DNA of 64,000 nt from Alphaproteobacteria bacterium (GTDB lineage: Bacteria; Pseudomonadota; Alphaproteobacteria; UBA828). The position numbers were made by a program, and so were the translations under genes. The notes under the pieces are model-generated. The model saw only the letters and a program-made list of their open reading frames with translations, was not told the DNA's origin and made no database searches. This document shows positions 29,452-38,230 of this stretch, one piece after another (within the stretch, counting starts at the first letter, position 1; each line of letters opens with the position of its first letter). Location of the stretch: positions 2,336,001 through 2,400,000 of the forward strand of contig CBDEFM010000002.1 of the NCBI GenBank assembly GCA_965237415.1, given 5' to 3'.

Positions 29452-30180
29452 TCAGGCCCAGCCACCGGCGAACGGCACGACGTGGCCGGTGATGAAATCG
29501 CTCTTGTCGGAGGCGTAGAACGCCACCAGAGCGGCAACCTCTTCGGGCTTGCCGAGGCGCTTCAGCGGAATGTTCCGGGTCATCTTGGCCAGGGTTGCCG
29601 GATCGCTGACCAACTCGGGCGGGAAATAGGTCGGGCTCTCGACGTAGTTGGGCGCGATCGCGTTGACCTGGATGTTGTCGCGACCGAGTTCCTGGGCGAG
29701 CGACACGGTGAGCGCATTGGTCGCGCCGCGCGCCGTCACGTACATCGAGTAATTCGGCAGCCCCCGCAGGGGCGTCGCCGAGGTGATGAACAGGATCTTG
29801 CCGCTTCTGCGCTCCTTCATTTGCGGCACGACCGCACTGGCTATCTCGAACGGAAAGACCACCATGTCTTCGAGCGCCGCACGCAATTCGTCCGGGCTCG
29901 CCGCCTCGATAGGCGCGCGGACCGCGGCGCCCGCGTCGTTGCAAATAACCACGTCGACCCTGCCGCGAGCCTCGGTTGCGCGCGCGACGATCTCGGCCGG
30001 CGTTTGCGCACGGACGACGGTGAGTGCGGGATTGGCCGCCGCGAATGCCTCCGCCGCTGCGGCATCGGCGAAGCTCTTATCGTGGCAGACCACCGCCGCC
30101 CCCTGAGCGACGAGCTCGGCCGCGACGGGCCGGCCCACGAAATGTTCCACGTTGGTGATCAGGACGACACGGTCCTTCAT
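29452..30180 (-). CDS. halohydrin dehalogenase (SDR-fold, HheA/HheC-like)
   Basis: T-x4-F-x-G (TNVEHFVG) replaces TGxxxGxG; S-x12-Y-x3-R triad (SATPLRGLPNYSMYVTAR). Confidence 0.85.
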   Translation of the reverse strand: MKDRVVLITNVEHFVGRPVAAELVAQGAAVVCHDKSFADAAAAEAFAAANPALTVVRAQTPAEIVARATEARGRVDVVICNDAGAAVRAPIEAASPDELRAALEDMVVFPFEIASAVVPQMKERRSGKILFITSATPLRGLPNYSMYVTARGATNALTVSLAQELGRDNIQVNAIAPNYVESPTYFPPELVSDPATLAKMTRNIPLKRLGKPEEVAALVAFYASDKSDFITGHVVPFAGGWA

Positions 30181-30474
30181 CGGGTCTCCTACGGCGCGGT
30201 CTCGTTCGCGGCGGTCACCCGCCTGCCCGTTCTCCCCCATGAAGGGAATCAGGTCCTCCCACGCGTAGTCTTGCACGAAGTATTCCCTCGCGCTTCAGCT
30301 GCAGTTGTTGGTGTCGGAGAGCGATTCCGGCCCCGGGAAGCCGATGCCCCCCAGCCAATGCGATTCCTGTTTCCCCGTAGGCCGGGTCGGAACACATGCC
30401 CTGCCGGGTATGCAGACAACACACCTCGAAAAAACCTAGGCCGAGCCTTGCCCGGCACCCGCCCTAAACAACCG

Positions 30475-31428
30475 TCACTCGCGGCCGCGCCGGATATAGA
30501 CCGCTGCCGCGAGCAGGATCAGCGCACCTTTCACCACCATCTGGAACTCGATGGACAAGCCCAGGATGACGACGATGTTGAAGAGCGAAGCCAGGATCAG
30601 CGCCGCCAGCAGGGCGCCGATCACGCTGCCCTTGCCGCCGCGAAGGGACGCGCCGCCGATCACTGCCGCCGCGATGCTGTCCAGCTCGTAGCCTTGGCCG
30701 GTCCAGTTGTCGACGATTCCGACATAGCCGACCAGGAAGAGGCCGGCCGTGGCGGCAAGAACGCCGGAGATGACATAGGCCCCGATCACGATGCGCTTGA
30801 CCGGCAGGCCGGCCATATGGGCGGCGTCGGGATTGTCGCCGTAGAGCAGGAGCTGCCGTCCGGGAACGCTGCGCTCCAGCATCCAGTGCGCAGCGATTGC
30901 GACCGCGATCAACACGATCAGGATCACCGGGACGCCGCCAATGTCACCCGTCGCCAGGAACCGAAAGGTCTCCGGCAAGGATCCGCTCGGCGCGCCCTTG
31001 GTGTAGGCGAAGCGGATGCCCTGCAGCACGATCATCGTAGCCAGCGTCGCCAAGAACGGCGTCACCCGCCGATAGCTGACGAGATAGCCGTTGACGCCGC
31101 CGACCAGGGCGCCGAGCAGCAAGGCGGCGACGAAGGCGGTGGCCGTGTTGTCGAACGCGCCGATGGAGAGCACCGCAGCGGTCGCCATGATCGACGCCAC
31201 GGAGAGGTCCAGGCCCCGCACGACGATCACGATCATCTGGCCGATGACGACAAAGCCGAGCGGTGCGGCCTGGACCAGAATATCGGTGATGTTCTTGACG
31301 CTGAGAAACCGCGGCGACAGCACCGTCGTGATCGCCCAGATCAGGACCAGGAAGCCCAGCAGCAACAGGACTTCGCGGGTTTTCCGGCCCCTGACTGTGC
31401 CGCCGCCGCCGAGGAGTTGCGCGATCAT
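30475..31428 (-). CDS. sugar ABC transporter permease (RbsC-like)
   Basis: GLDLSV, PFLATLAT, YELDSIAAAVIGG. Confidence 0.9.
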   Translation of the reverse strand: MIAQLLGGGGTVRGRKTREVLLLLGFLVLIWAITTVLSPRFLSVKNITDILVQAAPLGFVVIGQMIVIVVRGLDLSVASIMATAAVLSIGAFDNTATAFVAALLLGALVGGVNGYLVSYRRVTPFLATLATMIVLQGIRFAYTKGAPSGSLPETFRFLATGDIGGVPVILIVLIAVAIAAHWMLERSVPGRQLLLYGDNPDAAHMAGLPVKRIVIGAYVISGVLAATAGLFLVGYVGIVDNWTGQGYELDSIAAAVIGGASLRGGKGSVIGALLAALILASLFNIVVILGLSIEFQMVVKGALILLAAAVYIRRGRE

Positions 31429-32372
31429 GACCGCGCCTTTACGACGAACAGCGAGACGGCGACGACGATGATGACTCCCTCGACGATCCACAGATAGAAA
31501 TTCGAAACGTTCAGGAAGTTCAGGACGTTCGCCAGAAGGGCGAGCAGGATGACTGCCAGAAACGTGCCCAGCACGCCGCCGCGGCCGCCGGCAAGCAGGG
31601 TGCCACCGACGATCACCGGCGTGATGGAGCGCAAGTCGAACCCGATCCCGGCGCGCGGATCGCCCACACCGAACCGGCCCACCAGGTAGATCGCGGCCAG
31701 AGCAACGATAAATCCCGACAACGCATAGATCAGCACCTTGGTCTGTTTGACCGGGACGCCGGAAATCGTCGCCGCCCGCTCGTCATCGCCGATGGCGTAG
31801 ATGCGGATGCCGAAGCGGGTTCGCCAAAGCACGAAGCCGACGATTGCGTAGGCCGCGATGGCGAACGACGTTCCCCACGGAACGAAGCCAAAAAAGCGGG
31901 CATACACGATGTCTTCGAAGAAGATCGGCACAGAACCGGCCGGTTGCTTGGTATGGAGCAGCGCCGCGCCAGCCATGATGGTCGATGTCGCGAGCGTCAC
32001 GATCAGCGGGTGAATGCCGGTGTAAGCGACGATCCCGCCGGTGAGCGCGCCGATCGCCGTGCCGAGCGCAAGGATGCCGATATAGGCGCCGGCGAAGGTC
32101 GCCGGATCGGATCCGGCGAAGGAGGCGAACAACACCGAGAGGAGGCCGAGGAGACCGGCAAAGGAGAGGTCGATGCCGCCCGACAGGACGACGACCGTCT
32201 GGGCGAGCGCAACCAGCGCGAGCGCGACCAGCTGGTCCTGGACATTGGCGATATTCAGCACGGTGACAAAGCGGTCGGACGAAATCACGCCGACGATGAA
32301 GACTGCCGCGATCAGACCGACAATCGCCAGATGGACGTTCTGGAAGCGGACGGCGCGCGCAAAGTCAGTCAT
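31425..32372 (-). CDS. sugar ABC transporter permease (RbsC-like)
   Basis: GGIDLS, PLIVTLAT, DLRSITPVIVGG. Confidence 0.9.
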   Translation of the reverse strand: MTDFARAVRFQNVHLAIVGLIAAVFIVGVISSDRFVTVLNIANVQDQLVALALVALAQTVVVLSGGIDLSFAGLLGLLSVLFASFAGSDPATFAGAYIGILALGTAIGALTGGIVAYTGIHPLIVTLATSTIMAGAALLHTKQPAGSVPIFFEDIVYARFFGFVPWGTSFAIAAYAIVGFVLWRTRFGIRIYAIGDDERAATISGVPVKQTKVLIYALSGFIVALAAIYLVGRFGVGDPRAGIGFDLRSITPVIVGGTLLAGGRGGVLGTFLAVILLALLANVLNFLNVSNFYLWIVEGVIIVVAVSLFVVKARS

Positions 32373-33891
32373 GGGATTGGGATGCGAGCTCGTCACCTCC
32401 CGTCGCGGCGGCGGCGATCGCCATGATGCCGTCTTCCGTAATGGCGTCGCCAAGCAGTTCGGCGACGAACGCGCCGTCGCGCATGACGTGGACGCGGTCG
32501 CACAGCCCGACGATTTCGATCAGTTCGGAGGAGATGACCAGGATTGCCACGCCATCGCGGGCCAGAGCACGCAAGGTGCGGTAAATCTCAGCCTTGGTGG
32601 CGACATCCACGCCGCGCGTCGGCTCGTCGAGGAGCACGATTTTGGGGGCATTCTCGAGCAGCCGGCCGATCAGCACCTTCTGCTGGTTGCCGCCCGACAG
32701 GGCCGATATGGGCTGCCCGACATGATCGACGACAACGCTGAACCGCTCGACGACGGAACGGGAGCGCTCCTCCTCGTTGCGCGGCGAAAGCGCAAGCGAC
32801 CGGGCGCCTTTGCCCAGCGTCGACGCCGCGAAATTCCAGGCGACCGAGGCGTCGGGAAACAGGCCGTTGGCCTTGCGGTCTTCCGTCAGCATGGCAAGGC
32901 CGGCGGCGAGACTGCGGCCCGGCGTCCTTCTGCCGTAGGTCACGCCAGAGAGCTCGACGGTCCCGGCTCCGCGTGCCGCCCCGAAGATCGCCAGCGCCAG
33001 TTCGGTCCGTCCGGAGCCGACGAGGCCCGCCAGCCCCGCGATCTCGCCAGGGCGGAGATCCAGGTCGACCGGCGGCGCGCCGCCCTCTGCGGTGAGGCCG
33101 CGCAGCGAGAGCACCGGCTCTTTGTCGGTCGCAGCCCCGCTCTTCGGGGGAAACAGTTCGCCCAGGCTGCGCCCAACCATCGCGGCGACGACCCTGTCGT
33201 GGTCGTAATCGTCGATTGGCCCGGACGAGGTGACATCGCCGTCCTTCAGGACGCAGATGTCGGTGCAGACGTCGAAAATTTCGTCCAAGCGGTGCGAGAC
33301 GTAGACGAGACCCATCCCCTGCTCCCGCAGGTCGCGCAGAATCAGGAACAAATGGTCGATCTCCCGGTGCGAGAGCACCGCCGTCGGCTCATCCAGAATG
33401 AGCACGCGGGCCCGGGATCGAAGCGCCTTGGCGATTTCCACCATCTGCGCGTCGGCGACGCTAAGCCGGTCGAGCGTCGCGTCGGGGTCCAGATCGATGC
33501 GGAGCTGTTGAAGCAGGTCGACACAGTCGCGGCGAAGCGCGCGCCGGTCGACCAGGCCGAGCCGGTTGCGCGGCTCCTTCTCCAGAAACACGTTCTCGGC
33601 CACCGTGAGCGCCGAGATGGTCGAAAATTCCTGATGGACAACGGCGATGCCGGCGGCAATCGCCTCTTTTGGTCCGGCGAAGACCACCGGGTCGCCATCC
33701 AGCAGGACCTGCCCGACCGACGGCGTATAGACGCCGGTCATAAGCTTGATGAGAGTCGACTTCCCGGCGCCGTTCTCGCCGCAGAGCGCGATGGTGCGGC
33801 CGGCATTGACCTCGAAATCGATATTGCGGAGGACCTCGTTGCTGCCGAAGGATTTCGTCAAGCCCTTAGCGGCAAGCGCCGGATGAGCCAT
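32365..33891 (-). CDS. sugar ABC transporter ATP-binding protein (RbsA-like)
   Basis: GENGAGKST, LDEPT twice, LSGGNQQK. Confidence 0.95.
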   Translation of the reverse strand: MAHPALAAKGLTKSFGSNEVLRNIDFEVNAGRTIALCGENGAGKSTLIKLMTGVYTPSVGQVLLDGDPVVFAGPKEAIAAGIAVVHQEFSTISALTVAENVFLEKEPRNRLGLVDRRALRRDCVDLLQQLRIDLDPDATLDRLSVADAQMVEIAKALRSRARVLILDEPTAVLSHREIDHLFLILRDLREQGMGLVYVSHRLDEIFDVCTDICVLKDGDVTSSGPIDDYDHDRVVAAMVGRSLGELFPPKSGAATDKEPVLSLRGLTAEGGAPPVDLDLRPGEIAGLAGLVGSGRTELALAIFGAARGAGTVELSGVTYGRRTPGRSLAAGLAMLTEDRKANGLFPDASVAWNFAASTLGKGARSLALSPRNEEERSRSVVERFSVVVDHVGQPISALSGGNQQKVLIGRLLENAPKIVLLDEPTRGVDVATKAEIYRTLRALARDGVAILVISSELIEIVGLCDRVHVMRDGAFVAELLGDAITEDGIMAIAAAATGGDELASQSHD

Positions 33892-33986
33892 GTCGCCTTC
33901 CTCCCAGGCGCCGGCGGCATCCAGCCGCCGTAACGAACGGCCCCCCAGCCAGAACGGCTGAGGGACCGTCCATCGTCGTCGGCAGA

Positions 33987-35114
33987 TTACTTCGGATAGT
34001 CGGCGGTGAAGGTCTCCGGATCGTAGTCCGGGCCGACGCCGCTCGACATGATGACCGAGCCCGGCTTGTCCATAAGGGCATAGTCCTTGACGAAGACATC
34101 CGCCTGGACCGACGCGGTCTCGTGACCCTCGGAGACCACGATCTGCTGGTTCACCTCGATCCGGCGCGGAATGCCCTTGCCCGCCAGCACATCGAACAGC
34201 AATTCGAACGACACGGCGCCCATGGCCGGCGGATAGTCGATGCCGACCATCGGAACCTGGTTCTGCACGCTCAGCTGGTACATCGCGTTGAAGTCTCCGC
34301 CGGTATGCGGCGGGATCGCGCCGGCCTCGTAGCCGGCGGCGAGGAAGGCTTCGATCGAGCCCGAGCCCTGCAGGCCGGAATCGGCCCAGACGCCGGCGAT
34401 GTCATTGCCGTACTTCTGAATGAGGGCCGACATGATCGTCTTGCCGTTGGCCGGCGACCAGGACGTGTACTGGACTTCCAGGACCTCGATGCCGGGATAT
34501 TGGTTGAAGACCTCGTGCGCCGCCTTGATGCGGTTCTCCGCCGGCGAAGCGCCGGCCAGGCCGCCCAGCATCACGACCTTGCCTTCGAAGTTCAGCGTCT
34601 CAGCCAGCCACTGTGCAGAGATCCGGCCCAGCGCCTGGTCGGAGGCGGTGACAAAGGTAATGTAGCTGTCCTTGGACGTAACCTCGCGGTCCACCAGAAC
34701 GATGGGGACGCCGCTCTTGTTGGCGCGGCGGAGTGCGGGATCCAGCGCTTCCGCGGTCGCCGGGCTGACGAGGAGAATGTCGACGCCCTGAGCGAGCAGA
34801 TCCTGAATATCGGCGGCCTGCTTGGAGGGGTTGTCGTTGGCGTCGGTGATGATGAAGCGCTTCAGCTTGTCCTTGTTGCGCTCGGCGGCGGCTTCGATGC
34901 CGTGCAGCATGGCCACGCGCCAGGGATTGGAGAGGCTCGCGTTCGAAAAGCCGATGACGTAGGGGCCATCCTTCTTGTACTCGGCTGCGTCGTAGATGTC
35001 GACGCCGCCGGGGTTCCACAGGAAGGTGCGCGGAACGCCTTGGTAGTCGGCGCTTGCCGAGAGTGCGTAGACCAGCCCGACGGCGGCCAGGGCACATATC
35101 TTGAGCAGTCGCAT
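33987..35114 (-). CDS. sugar ABC transporter substrate-binding protein
   Basis: Signal peptide; IGFSN..NPWR, PIVLVDR. Confidence 0.9.
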   Translation of the reverse strand: MRLLKICALAAVGLVYALSASADYQGVPRTFLWNPGGVDIYDAAEYKKDGPYVIGFSNASLSNPWRVAMLHGIEAAAERNKDKLKRFIITDANDNPSKQAADIQDLLAQGVDILLVSPATAEALDPALRRANKSGVPIVLVDREVTSKDSYITFVTASDQALGRISAQWLAETLNFEGKVVMLGGLAGASPAENRIKAAHEVFNQYPGIEVLEVQYTSWSPANGKTIMSALIQKYGNDIAGVWADSGLQGSGSIEAFLAAGYEAGAIPPHTGGDFNAMYQLSVQNQVPMVGIDYPPAMGAVSFELLFDVLAGKGIPRRIEVNQQIVVSEGHETASVQADVFVKDYALMDKPGSVIMSSGVGPDYDPETFTADYPK

Positions 35115-35334
35115 GGTCTTCTCCCTCTGCTGCGAAGTTTGCCTATCGGTCGTGACAAAGCGGATAGGGCGGACCCCAATGGATCCTTTGGTTTGAATAC
35201 TAGTTGAGTGCGGTCAGTGAGGCCATGTGTGGGTGGCCGGCCGCGCGCCGTCAAGCGCCGCCCTCGCAATGCAGCGCGCTTGTCTGGGCCGAGCGCCGGC
35301 GGCAGTGGCCGCCGCCCCCGCTGCCGTGACCGCA

Positions 35335-36450
35335 TCAACCGGCGGGCTTCCGTGGGGCGTTCTTGCGCCGATCACGATCCGTGGCGAGCCGTAGGAGATC
35401 AAAGGGCAGACGAGCAAGACGCCATGGCCTGTGTGCGGAATTGGCCAATAGAGTTCCTACTTGCCAGCGCATGCTGTTCTGCATATCACGAACCTTGTTC
35501 CTTTCTTCCCGAAGCTGTCGTTCGACCTTTCCAACCCTCTCGTTGGCCGCCTCAATCTCTAGTTCGAGACCTAAGACAGTCTTTCTCGGCTCTCTAACTT
35601 CACTTTCGAGTTTTGCGGTTTGGCTTCGAGTCGAAGTCTCGCTCACGTGTTCACTCTCCACTAGCGAACCGTGAACGACTGTTGCGTTCAAAAAATCGCG
35701 CTCCAGATCGGTCTTTGAATATCGTGACAGCACATCTTCAAAACGATTATAGAAACCCTCATCAAACTGTGAACAAGAGAACCATTCCTTTTGAACTTCG
35801 AATCCGAGAATCTCAAAATAGTGCCTATATCCTGAGTACGTCAACTTATTCACCCACGCAGGTCTGTTCGGTTTTCTACCAGTATTAAGGTAGAATTCTT
35901 CGAAGACATCATCCGTAAACAGGAGATGCGGCCACGGAAAGAACACTTCTCTATATCGATGGGATGCCTGTGGACCTCGATAAAGATTTGCACTTAGAAA
36001 GAAGTGCCCATCATTCCTTAGAAGCCGCTTGACCCCTTGAAGGGCTGCGTAGGGATGCTTGATATGTTCCCAAACAGCGGAAGAATAGATTAGGTCGAAT
36101 TGCCCTATATCCTCGTGATCCTTGGAGCTTACATCCAAAACACGCAGATCGAGGTTCGGAACAGACTTATAGTCAGACCACTCTCGTTCCACAATATCGA
36201 CACCCACTACGTCGCAGGCATAATTTCTGGCAAGCACATATGAGAACGCACCGCGGCCACAACCGATTTCAAGCACGCGCTTGTCACGAACATTCAGCAA
36301 TTTATCTATGTTGGCGGCTCGCCGTTTCGCCGCCTCTTCCAAATCCACCTTTCCAGTACGTCTCGGCCGCGGTACAATCGGTTTATCCTTATATTCTTCG
36401 TTTAACTCAAGAAACAAATCGAGGTTGAAGCTTTTATTTTCCCTAGTCAT
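35335..36450 (-). CDS. class I SAM-dependent methyltransferase with C-terminal coiled coil; low GC
   Basis: VLEIGCGRG, VVGVD, FDLIYSSAVWEH; coiled coil plus SMRWQVG tail typical of glycan-associated proteins. Confidence 0.75.
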   Translation of the reverse strand: MTRENKSFNLDLFLELNEEYKDKPIVPRPRRTGKVDLEEAAKRRAANIDKLLNVRDKRVLEIGCGRGAFSYVLARNYACDVVGVDIVEREWSDYKSVPNLDLRVLDVSSKDHEDIGQFDLIYSSAVWEHIKHPYAALQGVKRLLRNDGHFFLSANLYRGPQASHRYREVFFPWPHLLFTDDVFEEFYLNTGRKPNRPAWVNKLTYSGYRHYFEILGFEVQKEWFSCSQFDEGFYNRFEDVLSRYSKTDLERDFLNATVVHGSLVESEHVSETSTRSQTAKLESEVREPRKTVLGLELEIEAANERVGKVERQLREERNKVRDMQNSMRWQVGTLLANSAHRPWRLARLPFDLLRLATDRDRRKNAPRKPAG

Positions 36451-36740
36451 GCCGCTTTCCATCTATTCTACATTCCGATCGTCAGATGTCTTCTCCAGGC
36501 GTTTGTCAGAACATTGTGACGGTAACAGTTCGCAGATGGTGAAACGCAGGCGAGTCGGAATGAGTGCTCCGACGATCGGACGCACAATCGAGATCCTGTC
36601 TCGCGCCATTGGGTCATCTCGCAGCTACACGCGAGGTTAAGGCACTTCAAGCGTGCCATCTTCGCGATCCCCTCTCTGCCAACATCGATGAGACACCTGC
36701 ACCCCTTGGAATTACTGTGGGGCGGTGGAGATGAGAACCG

Positions 36741-37229
36741 ATGGTCACAGAGAGAGAATCGATGGCATTGAACGAGATGGGCGCTCGGGCTCTGGGGATT
36801 GAGGAGCGGAGCGACGAGACCCCCAGAGCCCGAGCGAGCGGCGCGAGGCCGGCGCCGGACCCCGAGGTGGTAGCCAAGCCGAAGCGGCGCCAGTTCACCG
36901 CCGAGTATCGACTGCGAATCCTAGAGGAGGCCGACCGCTGCACGCAGCCCGGCGAGGTCGGACGGCTGCTTCGCCGGGAAGGGTTGTACACCTCCCACCT
37001 GTCGGCTTGGCGCAAAGCGCGTCGTCAAGGCTCGTTGCGGGGCCTGACCCCGAACAAGCGCGGCGCCAAGCCTGCCGAGCATAACCCGCTCAGCGCGAAG
37101 GTGCGCGAGCTCGAGGCGAAAGTGGCGCGGCTGGAGAAGGAGTTGCACACCGCGCATACCATCCTGGATGTCCAGGGAAAAGTTGCCGGGCTGCTGGGAT
37201 TCAACCTCAGCGACGCGAAGGACTGCTGA
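36741..37229 (+). CDS. IS3-family transposase OrfA
   Basis: KRRQFTAEYRLRILEEAD..LLRREGLYTSHLSAWR HTH; start uncertain. Confidence 0.85.
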   Translation: MVTERESMALNEMGARALGIEERSDETPRARASGARPAPDPEVVAKPKRRQFTAEYRLRILEEADRCTQPGEVGRLLRREGLYTSHLSAWRKARRQGSLRGLTPNKRGAKPAEHNPLSAKVRELEAKVARLEKELHTAHTILDVQGKVAGLLGFNLSDAKDC

Positions 37230-38230
37230 TGGCGGCCCAAGGGCTCGCCTCACAGGTCGGTGTGGCCCCAGCGTGCCGAGCGCTGGGTGTGTCACGGACC
37301 ACCTTCTACCGTCGTCACAAGGTCACTCCCGGGCACCAGCAGCCCCGTCCAACGCCCGCCCGGGCGCTGTGCGAGTCCGAACGCGAGCATGTTCTCAACG
37401 TGCTCGCCTCCCCTCGCTTCGTCGACCGCGCGCCCGCCGAGGTCGTCGCCACGCTACTCGATGAAGGCCAGTACCTGTGCTCGGAGCGCACGATGTATCG
37501 GATCCTGGCCGCGAATCAGCCGGTGCGAGAGCGGCGCAATCAGCTCGAACATCCTCCCTACAGCAAGCCCGAGCTGGTGGCCACCGCGCCGAACCAGACG
37601 TGGTCCTGGGACATCACTCGACTGCTGGCACCGACACGCTGGACCTACTTCTACCTCTACGTCTTGCTCGACATCTTCAGCCGCTACGTGGTCGGCTGGA
37701 TGGTCGCCGAGAGGGAGAACTCCGCCCTCGCCGCAACGCTGATCGAGCAGACCTGCCTCAAGCAAGGCATCGCGCCCCAGGTCCTCACCCTGCACTCCGA
37801 CCGCGGGGCGCCCATGACCAGCAAATGCACCGCACAACTGCTCGCCGACCTCGGCGTCACACGCTCGCTGAGCCGCCCCCAGGTCAGCGATGACAACCCC
37901 TTCTCCGAGGCCCAGTTCAAGACCCTGAAGTACCATCCCGGCTTCCCTGGGCGATTCGACGATATCCACGCCGCCATCGCCTTCTGCCAGTCGTTCTTCC
38001 CTTGGTACAACACCGAGCACCGCCATGGCGGAATCGCCATGCTCACCCCCGATGACGTCCATCACGGCCGTGCCCACACCGTGCTGCAACAACGTGAACA
38101 GACCCTGCGCGCCGCCTGGAACCATCATCCTGAGCGCTTCGTTCGCGGCATCCCCAAACCCCTGCCGCTTCCCAAAGCGGTCTGGATCAATCCACCTGAC
38201 ACATCCACAACAGGAGAGACTGCTCAGTAA
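37229..38230 (+). CDS. IS3-family transposase OrfB (DDE/rve)
   Basis: WSWDIT, LHSDRG, DNPFSEAQFKTLKY; TGATG coupling to orfA. Confidence 0.9.
   Translation: MAAQGLASQVGVAPACRALGVSRTTFYRRHKVTPGHQQPRPTPARALCESEREHVLNVLASPRFVDRAPAEVVATLLDEGQYLCSERTMYRILAANQPVRERRNQLEHPPYSKPELVATAPNQTWSWDITRLLAPTRWTYFYLYVLLDIFSRYVVGWMVAERENSALAATLIEQTCLKQGIAPQVLTLHSDRGAPMTSKCTAQLLADLGVTRSLSRPQVSDDNPFSEAQFKTLKYHPGFPGRFDDIHAAIAFCQSFFPWYNTEHRHGGIAMLTPDDVHHGRAHTVLQQREQTLRAAWNHHPERFVRGIPKPLPLPKAVWINPPDTSTTGETAQ

Noticed and set aside
27877-31497. 1206-aa ORF and other long overlapping ORFs (e.g. 8624..11119, 9529..11490, 32173..33933)
   Set aside because: Shadow or alternative frames of well-supported genes in GC-rich DNA; no family motifs
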